A stretch of 64,000 nt of DNA from Octopus vulgaris (taxonomy: Eukaryota): contig OX597832.1 of NCBI GenBank assembly GCA_951406725.2, forward strand, positions 34,782,001-34,846,000. The letters run 5' to 3'. Below are positions 37,395 through 50,035 of the stretch, one piece after another. Made by a program: the position numbers and the translations under genes. The notes beneath the pieces are model-generated. The model did not search any database. It was given only the letters and a program-made list of their open reading frames with translations, and was not told the DNA's origin. Each line of letters starts with the position of its first letter. Within the stretch, counting starts at the first letter, position 1.

Positions 37395-37805
37395 CATATT
37401 TGCAGGATCAACATTTTCATTTGTGGCTTCAGTCATCGGACATTCTGACGAGGCTGTTGGCACATTTGGCATTCCAGCACCACTGTTATGCATGGGACAT
37501 TCTGAGGGATACGCCTCTGCTTTTGCTGTTGTTACTGCTGATGTTGGTATTGAAGATTTGTTGCCATCAGGTGAAGCTGATGCTGCATTGTTTTGGTTTT
37601 GCTGAGGACATGATTTGGATTGTTCTTTGTGCATTGGACATTCAGGAGGAGGCGGCGGTTTGTTTATTTCTTGATGCATTGGGCATTCTGCTGGAACTGA
37701 CTTTGTGCATTCACTGTCTGTTGGACTAGCCGAATTCTGTTTGGTTGCACTGTGAATGATTGGAACTGAGGCAAAGTTTAACAGGGAAGAATTAGCGATT
37801 CCCAT
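37395..37805 (-). CDS. HCCS: Holocytochrome c synthase (cytochrome c heme lyase), first coding exon (137 aa, CP heme-regulatory motifs)
   Basis: ATG at 37805, preceded by acceptor ttttgcag (exon starts 37814). Reads MGIANS...ECPMH x3, ECPMT...NVDPANM, then a GT donor (phase 0) that joins MPPPNQ. CP motifs and DPxNMMPPPNQ are typical of HCCS. Confidence 0.92.
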
Positions 37806-39609
37806 TTTGGTTCACTGCAAAACAGAAGTGACAGGACTCAAAACCCAGACCTAAAGCATGATGGGTTATTTTATTTTTTTTAATTTTATAAAACATTAAA
37901 TGTTGTTTTTAACTTTTAATATTAAAAATGAAAACGATGTAAAGGGGGAAAAAATCAAAATAAATAGAAATTTTTAACTTTTGGTTTTCCTACATGAATC
38001 AGTTTCCATGCATAATATTAGCAGAGAAAAATCTCCCATGGTATTGTATGTACTATATTTAAACATTAAAATGTCCCTTAATATATCTAAAGGTAAACAC
38101 ATCTTTATAGAAAAGGAGGCAGTAACAATGCTGCTGTAAGACATGTTCCTGTCTTCTTGGAATGGAAAAACAATCATCACATTTGAACTCAGAGCCCTGG
38201 GGGCAATAGAGGTCAGGCTTGACATTTCCCATCAATTGTAGAAAGCTAAATATCAAGATAATTTGGTTGATGAGCATCTTGTCAAAAGATGGCATACAAC
38301 CTTATTCCCTAGTGAAATCACATACCCTTACTTTCCAGCAAGATCTGTGTGCTATTTTCTGCAGAAACCAAACAAGTGAAAAAAGCTACAAGGGAGATAG
38401 CCATAGTAACTGTAACTAGTTCCAAGTGGTTATCATTGACAAGAGAGCACAGAACCACAGATGAGACCATTCTGAATTGGCAAAGGTTAATTCAGTCATC
38501 AATGCTCTTTGTTGCCAATTCAGGTGAATCATACAGGTTAAGAAACAAAATGTCTGTAATCCTGAGATACTTGCTGAAGAGAGAGAAGACTTTCCAACCG
38601 TGCGATAACTTTAGTTACCATCAGAGAATAGCTTGCGATATCACTCAATAATGGTTTGTGTATAGAGCAAAGCATCTCTGATGTTTATTTTACCTTCACT
38701 GTCTTGAAACCTAAGAATTTCTCTTGATATACGATTTACTGTTTGTAACATCCTATTATTAAGTATTAGTGGATACTTTGAATCTTATACTATGCTATTT
38801 TGAGGGAAAAAGTTCAATAAAAAATCTTATATTAGCTCTAAGAATATGTTTTCCCATCTTTGAACACTACTGCAGATGAACAATTATTAAATGTAGAATT
38901 ATTGAGACATTTATTGATATTTATATAGAAGTCAGTGTTTAAGATGAACACATTCCCCACCATCACCAATGGAGGGTGGATCTTTTCATAATGAAAGTTC
39001 ATAATATCCACCTTTCCATGCTTGCCTGGGTCAAGACAGAATTTGTCCAGGCAAATTTCCTGCATCCAGATACCATTCCTGTCACTATGCCTGTTTCCCA
39101 TTGGTGGTGATACATGTGTTCCATCGATGATTGTAAATTAAAGCTTGTCTGACAGTGACACTCACAAACATCATGTGTGTGTGTGTGTGTGTGTATATAA
39201 CTATTTTCCCTCAGTGTACTTCCTATTATGTCTCATATTTACATTGTACCAGGACCTCATATTTCTTTCTTCTCTCTCTCTCTCTTTCTCTCACTTTCCA
39301 AGTGGGCAAGCCACACATATATATACATTACATACACACACACACACATACATTACATACACACACATACATACATTACATATATACACATACATACATT
39401 ACATACACACACATACATACATTACACACACACATACATACATTACATACACTACATATACACACACACACACATATTTATATATATATATATACTGGCT
39501 AAAATAAGTTTTTAAGACCAATGATGATAGTTGTATTCCTTCATTAATATATTTTTAACAAAACTATATAAAATTATTTTACATTCTAAACTTTATGTAG
39601 AACTTGCGT

Positions 39610-40035
39610 TTACACATGGAGAAGAGGGAACCTGTGGTGGGGGTAGACCCAGGAAGATGTGAGATGTAGTGGTGAGAAAGGATCTTCGTATGCTGTGCCT
39701 TAATGAGGAAATGACAAGGGACTGAGAGTTGTGGCTATTTGCCGTACTTGTCAACCTAAGTAAAAATCGCAGTCTTCCATGCATACAGGTTTGTCCTTTG
39801 CAGGTGCCAGGGCTAACAAGAAATGCACTCAAGTCACAGCTGCTTAAATGCATCAATGGCAATGGCATGTAAAAAGCAACTAGCAGACTCTTAAAAGTGG
39901 TTGGTTTTAGGAAGCATATCCAACCATAGAAACCATATCATAACAGACAATTTGAGTTCAGACAGCTCCCCAGCTCCATGTCAAACCATCCAACCCATGC
40001 CAGCATGGGAAACGGACGTTTAACATTGATGATGA
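39610..40035 (+). mobile_element. RTE LINE 3' fragment (old)
   Basis: EGTCGGGRPRK remnant and aacccatgccagcatgg..acggacgtt..gatgatgat tail. Confidence 0.75.
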
Positions 40036-40087
40036 TAGTGGTGGTGATATCTATGTTTATCTATCTATCTCTCTATATATATATATT

Positions 40088-40428
40088 CTTTTACTTGTTT
40101 CAGTAAGTCAAACAAATTGACCCCAGGACTTATTCTTTGTAAGCCTAGTACTTATTCTATTGCTCTCTTTTGCCAAACCAGTACTTTACAGGGAAGTAAA
40201 CATATCAACATCGGTTGTCAAGCAATACTGAGGGGACAAGCAAACACACAAATACATATGTACGATGGGTTTTTTTCAGTTTCCGCCTACCAAATCTACT
40301 CACAAGTCTTTGGTTGGCCCAAGGCTATAGTAGAAGACACTTGCTTGAGGTACCACACAGTGGGACTGAACCCAGAAACATGTTGTTAATAAGTAAGCTA
40401 CTTACCATACGGCTATGCCTGCGCCTCT
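40088..40428 (-). mobile_element. tRNA-derived SINE
   Basis: Homologue of 52535-52925 including the tRNA-like head (gtatggtaagtagctt...ggttcagtcccactg). Confidence 0.8.
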
Positions 40429-40576
40429 ATATATACGTACATAAATACATATATTAATCAGCCAAAATTGCGATGATGATCCGGTTCTTGACTGAAGATT
40501 AAAGGTTTCGAATGACCCGTCCGTGATTTTTGTATCATCTATCTGGATGTTTTGCGTTCTTGTTCCATTTTGTATT

Positions 40577-40615
<39 letters not shown>

Positions 40616-40668
40616 GCATACGTACACTTTGTTCTTTTATATGTAAGTATACATACACACACACACAG

Positions 40669-40702
<34 letters not shown>

Positions 40703-40734
40703 CTTTCCATTTCTCAGAGAGAGAGAGAGAGGAG

Positions 40735-40949
40735 AAATGGAAAGACAAGAAAAGACGTCAACAAGAAACTATGACACTACAACCAGCCAGGAACAGTCTT
40801 CGCTACATTTGCGGTACCTGCCAGAGGGAGTGTTTGTCCAGGATAGGACTACACAGCCACAGCAGGAAATGTATCAGGACATGAAATGTAAAAGCCGGAC
40901 TGGACTATTTTATGCGCAACTCCATTGTCTCCCGAGACAAAAAGGATGC

Positions 40950-40955
<6 letters not shown>
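40735..40955 (+). mobile_element. 3' tip of a different RTE (BovB-like) LINE
   Basis: YICGTCQRECLSRIGLHSHSRKC is the C-terminal zinc-finger motif typical of BovB-type RTEs. Short 3' UTR ends at ccaacaa; flanked by microsatellites. Confidence 0.75.
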
Positions 40956-40980
<25 letters not shown>

Positions 40981-40986
<6 letters not shown>

Positions 40987-41912
40987 GGGGCCATGACTGC
41001 TGAGGACATGCGTAAGCTTGCAAGAAATGAAGCCAGTATGTTCCAGTGGATGTGTAATATCAGTTGCATACTCGACAGAGTGTATGTAAGTATCTTGAGA
41101 GAGAAGGTGGACCTAAGAAGCATCAGGTGTGGTGTGCAAGACAGACAACTGTGCTGGTATGGTCATGTGGTGAGAATGGATGAGGAAAGCTGTGTGAAAA
41201 AGTGCCACACCCTAGCTTTTGAGGGAACCTGTGGAAGAGGTAGATCCAGGAAGACCTGGGATGAAGTGGTGAAGTACGACCTTCAAACATTGGGCCTCAC
41301 CGAGGCAATGACTAGTTACCGACACCTTTGGAAATATGCTGTGCTTGAGAAGACCCGGCAAGTCAAGTGAGACCATAACCTCATGGCCTATGCCAGGGGT
41401 GTAACCAACCCACTTATGCGTACCTTTCCTTCACAGGACACTTACCTCTGCTTGCGAAGACCTGTTGAGACAAGTGAAATCAAAATCAAATTCGATGACT
41501 GTCATCCGTGCTAGTTGAGTGCCAAGAGCACCATCTGAGCATGATTGTTGCCAAGCAGCTAACTGGCTTCCTTGCCAGTGAACATAAAAAGTACCATGTA
41601 TGTATGATTGTTACCAGCATCGCCTTACTGACACTTGTGCCGGTGGCATGTGAAAAAACATTCGAGTGAGTTTGTTGCCAGTGCTGCTGGACTGGCACGT
41701 AAAAAAACACCATTTGAGCGTGGCCATTGCCAGTACTGTCTGACTGACCCTCGTGCCGGTGGCATGTAAAAGCACCCACTACACTCTCAGAGTGGTTGGA
41801 AATAGGAAAGGCATCCAGCTGTAGAAACTGCCATATCAGATTGGAGCCTGATGCAGCCAAATTGTCCAACCCATGCTAGCATGGAAAGCCGACGTTAAAC
41901 GATGATGATGAT
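40981..41912 (+). mobile_element. RTE LINE 3' fragment
   Basis: [15 protein letters not shown]...[13 protein letters not shown]...RQVK*, 3' UTR repeats and (GAT)n tail. (TA)n at both flanks. Confidence 0.9.
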
Positions 41913-41961
41913 ATATATATATATATATTATTTATTTAAAGGACACCATACATATATTTAA

Positions 41962-42016
41962 ATGCTACTAATAGTTTCATATGTTGAGAAATATCTCAAA
42001 CATATTCTTCAGGCAC
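41962..42016 (-). ncRNA. Minimal type I hammerhead ribozyme with intact core
   Basis: gtgc CTGAAGA atatgtttgaga tatt tctcaacatat GAAAC tatta GTA gcat. About 11 bp stem II, stem I GTGC/GCAT, near-palindromic stem III. Confidence 0.75.
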
Positions 42017-42149
42017 GAATCACATACGATAATGAACCAAAAAGATTGAATGATAGAGGAAACACTAAAAAAACTGAAAAGGGAGCATATAGAAAATGCT
42101 GAAGGTAAAAAACAGAAAACGTAAAATGGAAAAAGAAAACACGAAAACT

Positions 42150-42330
42150 AAAAATTGATAGTTTCCATGTTTCCATTTTGCATTGAGTAGGTTGAAATCT
42201 GCCATGAGAAGTACAATGATGTTTTGTTCTAGTTTGGTTAAGACTTCTTCTATTTTTGCCAGGTAGTATTTGAATAGGCCCATGTGATTTGGAGAAATTA
42301 GCAGGCGATAAGTAGCACATATAAATGTAT
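42150..42330 (-). mobile_element. LINE AP-endonuclease fragment
   Basis: ICATYR...F...LAKIEEVL...IIVLLMADFNLLNAKW resembles the YRPP...GDFN motifs of CR1-type endonucleases. Confidence 0.55.
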
Positions 42331-44034
42331 CAAGTTGACTTATATGGAAACCACATTTTTTGAGGTTGCAGTCCCCATAGAGCAACAATTTGGGCAAGTG
42401 TATTGTATTATAGCCTCGAGTCAACCAATTTTTTGTGAGTGAATTTGGTAGATTGAAACTGAAGAGAAACCCATAATGTGAGTGTGTGCCTGGGCATATG
42501 TATCTCTCCAATACCATTTTACAATTGCTGTCAGTTTGTTCCACTAACTTAGCAGTCAAACCACAAAAAAAAAAGGGGAGGATTAAACCCCAGTATGGCC
42601 ACAATTCAATGCCTGAAATAAGCAAAAGACTTTATAAAAACAGCCAATAAAGAGATATAGAAATAAATTGTTTATTATATTTATTATTTTCACTACTTTT
42701 TCCTTGGTCTTAACATAGTATATCAAACCGAGTACAGCTGCCCCATTCCCCAGAAAGCCTTACTGGGTCTACTTTTTTAATATGGACTTGTCATTAAGAA
42801 AAAAAAAAGGCAAAGTGGGATATAGATGGTTAGGAGGTGGTCTACAGGAACAGGTGGAAACATGTGTAGAGGACACCAAGGAGACTGCAGTGTAAAGTAA
42901 TTACTTTGTAACACGTAGATGGCTGTGGAAAAATGCATGCATGCAGACACGCACACACGTGAGCAGCCCAACCGAAAAGAGCCACATTCATCAAATGATC
43001 GCTCGATCGACTGAGAGATCGATAATGATTAGGATGCGTGTAAACGCTATAAACCTCGACGGTGATTGCGTAGAGATAGGCAGTTGCATGAGTATGCTGA
43101 GATATGCACACACACTGTTTTTTTCTTTCATTAGTTTCAGCTCGAGGGCTGCGGCCATGCTGGGGCACCATATAAAACAAAAAGTCCGAACATATTTAAA
43201 ATTAATGATTCTCTTTTCTTTCCTTATTAATCATACTTTTGGAGTCGATAAAATAAGCTCCTGTTGATTACTTGGGGGGGGGGGTGTAATCGACTAGCCC
43301 CTTCCCCCAAAATTTCAGGCCTTGTGCCTATTGTACCAGGAATTATTATTAGAATTTAGTAGTAGTAGCAGCAGCAGAGCAAATCGGATTGTGTTGTGTA
43401 ATTTTTGTAGTGGTCTTCTCTTCTTGTATTCCTAATTATCTTACCAATATAATAATCTTCATTCACCGCACCTGTCTTTATAAATAAATCTTCCTTTGCC
43501 ACCCACTCTTTTTTTTTTCTAATGTTTTCCCTTCATTCATTAACGCTAATGTCCTTGACAAAAAAAGCATAAAAACACCTCAAAACATCACATTCTAAGA
43601 TACGTGAGTGGTATAAGCTGCGAGAACACTGCTATCATGCTTTGAGTACCCAACAGAAGCAGGCCTTCACTAAATTTTCACAAGACTAAATCAGTAGGAA
43701 TGTCCTTGAGAAAGATGAAAACGTAAAAGAAACAAGCCGTATAGGACATAATTTTAAATTCAGACCACCCATTATCATCAATAGCCACATCTTCAAGCGC
43801 AGCGAGGTAGCTAAGTCAGCGATGAAAGCTTAGAACCTAGACTGAAGTGGTTTCAATTCAGAAGTAGTAGAAATATAGAAGTATAGGAGGCTATCATTGT
43901 TTTTAAGGCCTTAAATTCAAAATTGCCTTTTCATAGTTTATATATATAAGGATAAGATCGTCAATTTAAAATATCGATCTTACAAAGTGGCCAGCATGGG
44001 AATAAAAGCCTTCAAATGTAATAATTATTATTAA

Positions 44035-44183
44035 AATTATAATTTAAGGTATCTACAAGAAACTGCCATGCTGAAAATAGCAGCCAAAATATGACTCTAA
44101 AACCGTTATTGTGGTTTTCGAGTCGGGATTTTGACTGCTATTTTTAGCATGGCGGTATCTTGTAGATACCCTAAATTATAATT
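44035..44183. mobile_element. Palindromic MITE-like element
   Basis: aattataatttaaggtatctacaaga...tcttgtagataccctaaattataatt; arms of about 70 bp around a short loop. Confidence 0.75.
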
Positions 44184-44184
44184 A

Positions 44185-44224
<40 letters not shown>

Positions 44225-44911
44225 TCACATATATACACATACGTGTGTGTGTGTGTAAGAGAGAGATGGTTAAGTTTATTCGGTGGGATTTTAGCTTCGT
44301 TTATTTTTAAGGCAAAACATCCACCAATTTGTGGCTGCAATGAATAAAATGGTAAAGAAATTAACTTTATCCGTAACGAATTGAACTTATTGGCATTACG
44401 TTAAGGTATTAATCAATAAATGAGGATGAAATTCTGTATTGAATGAAAACTACAAAATAACTAAGATCCATAAAAGAAAATAGTGAAACCCTTAATCGTC
44501 GAGAAACAATTAGCAACGAGATAGACATAAATCCATTGATAGGGTCATACGAAAAGAATATATCCTTTATATTTCAGTCATTGGACTTTGGCCATGCTGG
44601 GACACTGGAGCCTAGTAATTAATCTTATTAAGCCTGATAATTATTCTATTGATTTCTTTCTTGAATCGCTACTCATAAAAACGAGGAGAGGCGAAATATT
44701 AAATATATTTCTATTTAACCCTTTGACATTGGCGACTTAGTTTCTGGTAGTGTGATTTGATCCCGTATCAGCTGATTGACATTTCATGCTCCAGGTCTGA
44801 CAACGGCAGAATCTTTGCCATTTTTTGAAGTAGTATCGTTAAAAAAATTTATGATTTCGGTAGAGAATTGAATAAAAACATCCGTAAATATCATTTGTGT
44901 TTGTGTGTGTG

Positions 44912-44967
<56 letters not shown>

Positions 44968-45524
44968 GTTATATAATTAGGGCTCAGTAAAATAATTTAC
45001 TTTACCACATACTGAAACTTATATACCTTGAATGGTCCTTTTACATACTGAACACTACTTGGTGAAATTAATTAATAATTAATTGATTTTACCCTTTATT
45101 ATTGATAATATATATATATCCGTATATTTCCATGTGTTCAGTATTCGGCATAAAAGACAGAATAAGTAAAAACCTGTTTAAAAAAGAACTGTAGTCGATT
45201 TGTTCGTCTCGAAGCCGTTCAGGTCGGTGCTCCAGCTGGGTGCATTGCAATGCCTGAAATTAAGTTGTGGTGCACCTGAGCACCGTATACAATAATTTCA
45301 TTATATTAAATGTTTTTTAAACGGAAGATAAAGACGGGAATCTGTGTGTGTGTGTGTGTGTGCGGTCGATTGCAAAATGAGCCACAATGTAACAACAGTA
45401 ATCAATTAAAAAACGAAAGAAATTTTAAATACTTGGTACATAACAGAAAAAGCAATCCGTTTACAAGAAACCCCCAAATATTGTAAACCTAGCAAGGCCG
45501 GATTTCGGAGAGTATTTCACTTAC

Positions 45525-45615
45525 CCTTCACCAAACAATCCAACTCGGTAACAACGCGTCCTTCGATGTTGACGTTCGATAAACGGAGAACACGCTGGTG
45601 CAATGTACGGAAGTC
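45525..45615 (-). promoter_or_regulatory. Probable non-coding first exon and promoter of HCCS
   Basis: Locally CpG-rich unique sequence with an ETS-like ACTTCCG (45614-45608), ending in a consensus donor AAGG|GTAAGT at 45525/45524. The first coding exon has its own acceptor, so an upstream exon is expected. Confidence 0.6.
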
Positions 45616-45739
45616 TAAAAGTGTTACAATTTGTAATTCAACTGGGAATAAGTAGTTGATGCTTCTTGTTTTAATTATATAGAGGCGTTTAATTTTATAC
45701 ATACACACACACACACACACGTATAAATGTTTTATATCT

Positions 45740-46140
45740 TTCACTTGATTCAGACGTTAGACCGCGGCCAAGCTGGGGCACTGCCTTGTAGGGTTTTAGT
45801 AGAAACAATCGACCCCTGTACATATTTTTTGTTAAACCTGGCAATTATTAAGTCGGAGGCTTCTGCCGAACCGATAAGTTACTGAGCTGAAAAGAAACGA
45901 ACACCAGTGGTCAGGCGGTGCTTAGTGACAAACCTAAACACAAAGATTCACATACACAAATAGTTATAAATACATATACGACAAGCTTCTGTTTGTTTCA
46001 ATCTACCAAATCCACTTAAAAGTCTTTAGTGAGCGCAAGACAAAAGTAGAAGGCACTTGTCCACGGTGCCATGCCGTGTGACTGTACTTGGAACTATGTA
46101 TTTGGGAGGTAAACTTCATATCACACAGCTACGCTTGCAT
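45740..46140 (-). mobile_element. tRNA-derived SINE (diverged)
   Basis: Homologue of 52535-52925, directly upstream of the putative HCCS first exon. Confidence 0.7.
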
Positions 46141-46188
46141 TTATAGCTACTGCCTAACTACAGATGTGTGCAATGCCTAAGCAAAAGA

Positions 46189-46218
<30 letters not shown>

Positions 46219-46219
<1 letters not shown>

Positions 46220-46390
46220 CATCATCATCATCGTTTAACGTCCGATTTCCCTGCTAGCATGGTTTGATCGGTGTCTGGGAACCCAGGAGGCTGCACCGGG
46301 CTCCAGTCTGATCTGGCAGTGTTTCTACAGCTGGATGCCCTTCCTAACGCCAACCACTCCGTGAGTGTAGTGGGTGCTTTGTTACATGCT
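46219..46390 (-). mobile_element. RTE 3' terminal fragment
   Basis: catcatcatcgtttaacgtccg...ggatgcccttcctaacgccaaccactc following (TA)n. Confidence 0.85.
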
Positions 46391-46970
46391 ACTATATATT
46401 AAACCACTAAAATATTAATAAATAATGAATAACAAGGCTCACTTAGCTTATCTCTTATTATATGGACTTTTATTACGTATTATTCTTGGAAATTAAATAA
46501 TGAATAATTTGTTGTAATATGTATGTATATTGTTCTTATGATGAAAAGAAAAAATTTCATATAGGTTTTGGTGTATATTTGTACGTATGTATATATATGC
46601 CTATGCATGTATTTGTTGCCCACACGCATGTACATATGTGTATGCCAAATAATAATGTAATAACTTTATATTAACTGTATGATATATGAATATACTGACT
46701 GTGATTTTAAAATTAATAAGATTACATATTTCATAAATATGTTTATATTATAGTATATTCTATATTTGAATTTCTTATACTATGTATTGTGAAGTGAAGA
46801 ATACACAGAATTTAATATTATTATTAATAATAATAATAATATTAGTAATAATTAAATATTATATGTGTACTAATGGATATGGATGTATATGTATGCGCCA
46901 GTATATATAATTGTCTATATGCTTGTATGTGTGTATAAATATGTTTATTTATATATATATATATATATAT

Positions 46971-47437
46971 GGACAAGTGAGACCATAACCTGTGGCCTCT
47001 ACCTGAGATGTAGCCAGTCCACTTATGCATACCTTTCCTTCTTGGGACACAAAACTCTGCATCTGAAGACCTGTTGAGGCAAGTGAAATCGAAATCGATC
47101 AAAAATCAATGGAAAATGCAGTTGTGATACCAGTACCAGTGGCACGTAAAAATACCATCCGAATGTGGCCGTTGCCAGTGCCACCTCGACTAGCCTCCAT
47201 GCTGGTGGCACGTAAAAAGCACCAACCAATTGTGGCCGTTGCCAGCCTCGCATGGCACCTGTGCTGGTGGCACGTAAAAAATACACACTACACTCATGGA
47301 GTGGTTGGCGTTAGGAAGGGCATCCAGCTGTAGAAACACTGCCAGATCAGACTGGGCCTGGTGCAGCCTCCTGGCTTCCCAGACCCCAGTCGAAATGTCC
47401 AACCCATGCTAGCATGGAAAGTGGATGATGATGATGA
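46971..47437 (+). mobile_element. RTE 3' UTR fragment
   Basis: Starts at the ORF end (ggacaagtga) after (TA)n; carries the UTR repeats and (GAT)n tail. Confidence 0.85.
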
Positions 47438-47512
47438 TTTATATATATATTAAATTGTGTGTGTATCTTGTTTCATATATATATTTATATTTTTGATTGT
47501 ACTTTATAATCT

Positions 47513-47625
47513 CTGACGAGGCCTAGGGATATATATATATAAGTACCTCATTTTCAACTGCCTACCACCTCAATACACTTGACTTATATAGGCACAATTA
47601 GTTACTATTATCCATAGGCAGAAAC
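47513..47625 (+). ncRNA. Truncated hammerhead motif with long stem II
   Basis: CTGACGAG gcctagggat...atccataggc a GAAAC. The cleavage triplet and the 3' strand of stem I are not evident. Confidence 0.5.
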
Positions 47626-48239
47626 ATATACATGAACATTTATAAATATATAAAAATTCATATATATATATATATACATACGAGTGGAAGCAATGTGCTC
47701 ATGCAAGGACTACAGCAGATGCTTGTGTGGTATGGTGCAGAGTTCAAATTTTTCATCATACTTTTTGTTAACACTTACCTTATTAACAGCATCTCTGTAC
47801 ATGAGATTTGTACAGCTTTGACAAACCACTAATCTATCCCTAGCCTCCTCAGTGCTAACAATACCACACAGTGGGGATACTTCTTATCAAAAGTTTCCTG
47901 TAGATCAACAAATGCCAAGTAATTATTCTTAGGTTTATTCTTAGCTAAGATTATGAAAATAGCATCAGAAGTACTTCTTCCTGGTACAAAGACACAACTG
48001 CATTTCATCTAGTCTAATTCTGCTCCTAATTAATTGGGTTATAACTCTATCCATTATTGTATTCACCTGGCCCAGAAGGTTGATGCCTTTATAATTGCTT
48101 CTGTGTAACACATCCCCCTTACCCTTGTAGTATCTAATAACAATGTCACTACCCCAGTTACTGGGTATTACATGTTACTGAATAACCTGATTATGTGAGT
48201 GACTATATATGTGTGTATATGTAAACAGCTACGTGTAAT

Positions 48240-48900
48240 ATAAAACCAAAAAGGAAAACTTTAATTCATAATTGAGGGTGCTGAATTATCTATAAAGGAA
48301 GAAATAAGAGTTAAAAACTCTTAATCTTGTATGAAGCACATAATATATATACACTGATGGGGGAGTTAACTGCACCATAAATGCCTAGAGATCACTGGAC
48401 AAGACTAGATTCATCTATCAATTGTAGACTTGTCAGCAGTGACTACTCAATTACTCTATGGTTTGGCTAAATTGCACTGCTAGTATACATATATTTACTA
48501 TTTTATTTAATGGCTGATTCAGCGAAATGCTAATGTGTATATTAAAAATTAATATAAACAGCTAGGCACAAAATAAAACAATAAAGGAAAACTTTTTCAC
48601 TCATTATGAGTGAGGATGACGAAGCATTTATATTGCAAGAAATAAGAGTTAAAAACTCTCAATGCTCTATGATGTGCATAAAATATATAAACTAACAGGA
48701 CAGATAATCACCCCATGAATGATGAGTGATCATTGAACTAGACTAGTCTACAACTGATAGGTGTAACTAGTATAGTCCAATGATCTCTAGAGTTGTTCAT
48801 GAGGCAGTCATCGCCTCTGTCAGTGTATATATATTGTGTGCATCATACATCATTAAGAGTTATGAAATTTTGCTTCTTGCAACACAGTTGCTTCAGTACC
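48240..48900. repeat. Complex direct plus inverted repeat (foldback)
   Basis: 48240-48420 is repeated at 48575-48755, and 48640-48870 is an imperfect palindrome centred near 48757. Confidence 0.65.
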
Positions 48901-48943
48901 CTCAGTCACAAAATATATATATATATATACACACACATACTAC

Positions 48944-50035
48944 TACTACCATCCAAAAGTTTAATACCACCTAAACTTATTTTGAAAAACTCTGTACTTA
49001 TGGAAATAACTGAAAGACTCCGTTGAAATATTTTATTAATGTATAGATACATTTATTGGATGGCATAATTAACTCAGCAACTGAACAAAGCTGTGAAAAA
49101 TCAGAGAAAAACTCTAAATCTTAGACTCATCGAAATATCCGCACTTGGCCTTGATCACTGTGGAGCATACACTGGGCATTCTTTTGACAAATGTAAGCAA
49201 ATATTCACTATTAATATTCTGCCACTCCTTTTTCTAATAGTCTTCAGAGGGTTTCTGCACCAGTTGGCTGTCACTTTTTGATACTGTGATCCAATTCATC
49301 CCATACAATTTCGATAGGGTTGCAATTGGCGGATTGGACTGGCCATTCCATTACACTCAACTTTTTCATCTATTTTCTTCTGTAAATGGTTTTTGCAAAG
49401 CTTAGAAGTATGTTTAGGATCGTTATCTTGCATCAGCATAAAATTATCACTGATCAGCTTCGTCCCTGATGGAATAGCATGACACTGGAGAATAGAGTGA
49501 TACCCGTTTTGGTTCAATATATTTGTTACCTGGCGAATATCGCTAACACTATTGCCTGCAAAACACCTCCCAAATCATCACACTTCCCCACCATGCTTTA
49601 CAGTTGGAACCATACACTTAGGAGTCATTTGCTCACCAATTCTTCACCTTGCATAAACTTTATGCTGTTATCTGAAGATTTCAAGCTTTGATTCATTAGT
49701 CCAGAGAAATCATTTCTATTGATCAATTGTCCAGGTTTGGTGTTGTTTGGCCATTATGAGTCGCTTATGTCTATTCGCAGATTGAAGTAGTGGCTTCCTG
49801 GGAATGCACTGGCCATTTAGACTGGCAGCAATGAGTCTTTTCCCCACAGTTGTAGGAGACACATTAGCGTTGCTGGCTTCACCTACGTGTGCAGTGATTT
49901 CATTTCATGTCAGGCACCTGTTTTGAAGACTGTTGACTCTGATGAACTTATCCTTTGATTTACAAGTCACTTTTGGATGACATGACTGACCTATGCTGTT
50001 ATTCTTTCTTGTCTCATAATATCTTACAGTGGCAG
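48944..50035 (-). mobile_element. Degenerate Tc1 transposon
   Basis: MNQNGYHSILQCHAIPSG...LMQDNDPKHTSKLCK, plus a TIR-like end ccatccaaaagtttaataccacc. Confidence 0.82.

Noticed and set aside
38059-38295. Possible alternative HCCS N-terminal exon (MGNVKPDLYCPQG...)
   Set aside because: It has MG and a CP dipeptide, but I found no convincing in-frame donor or recognisable homology.
40480-40525. CTGAAGA...GAA hammerhead-like motif
   Set aside because: No proper GAAA box, and I could not build consistent stems I and II.
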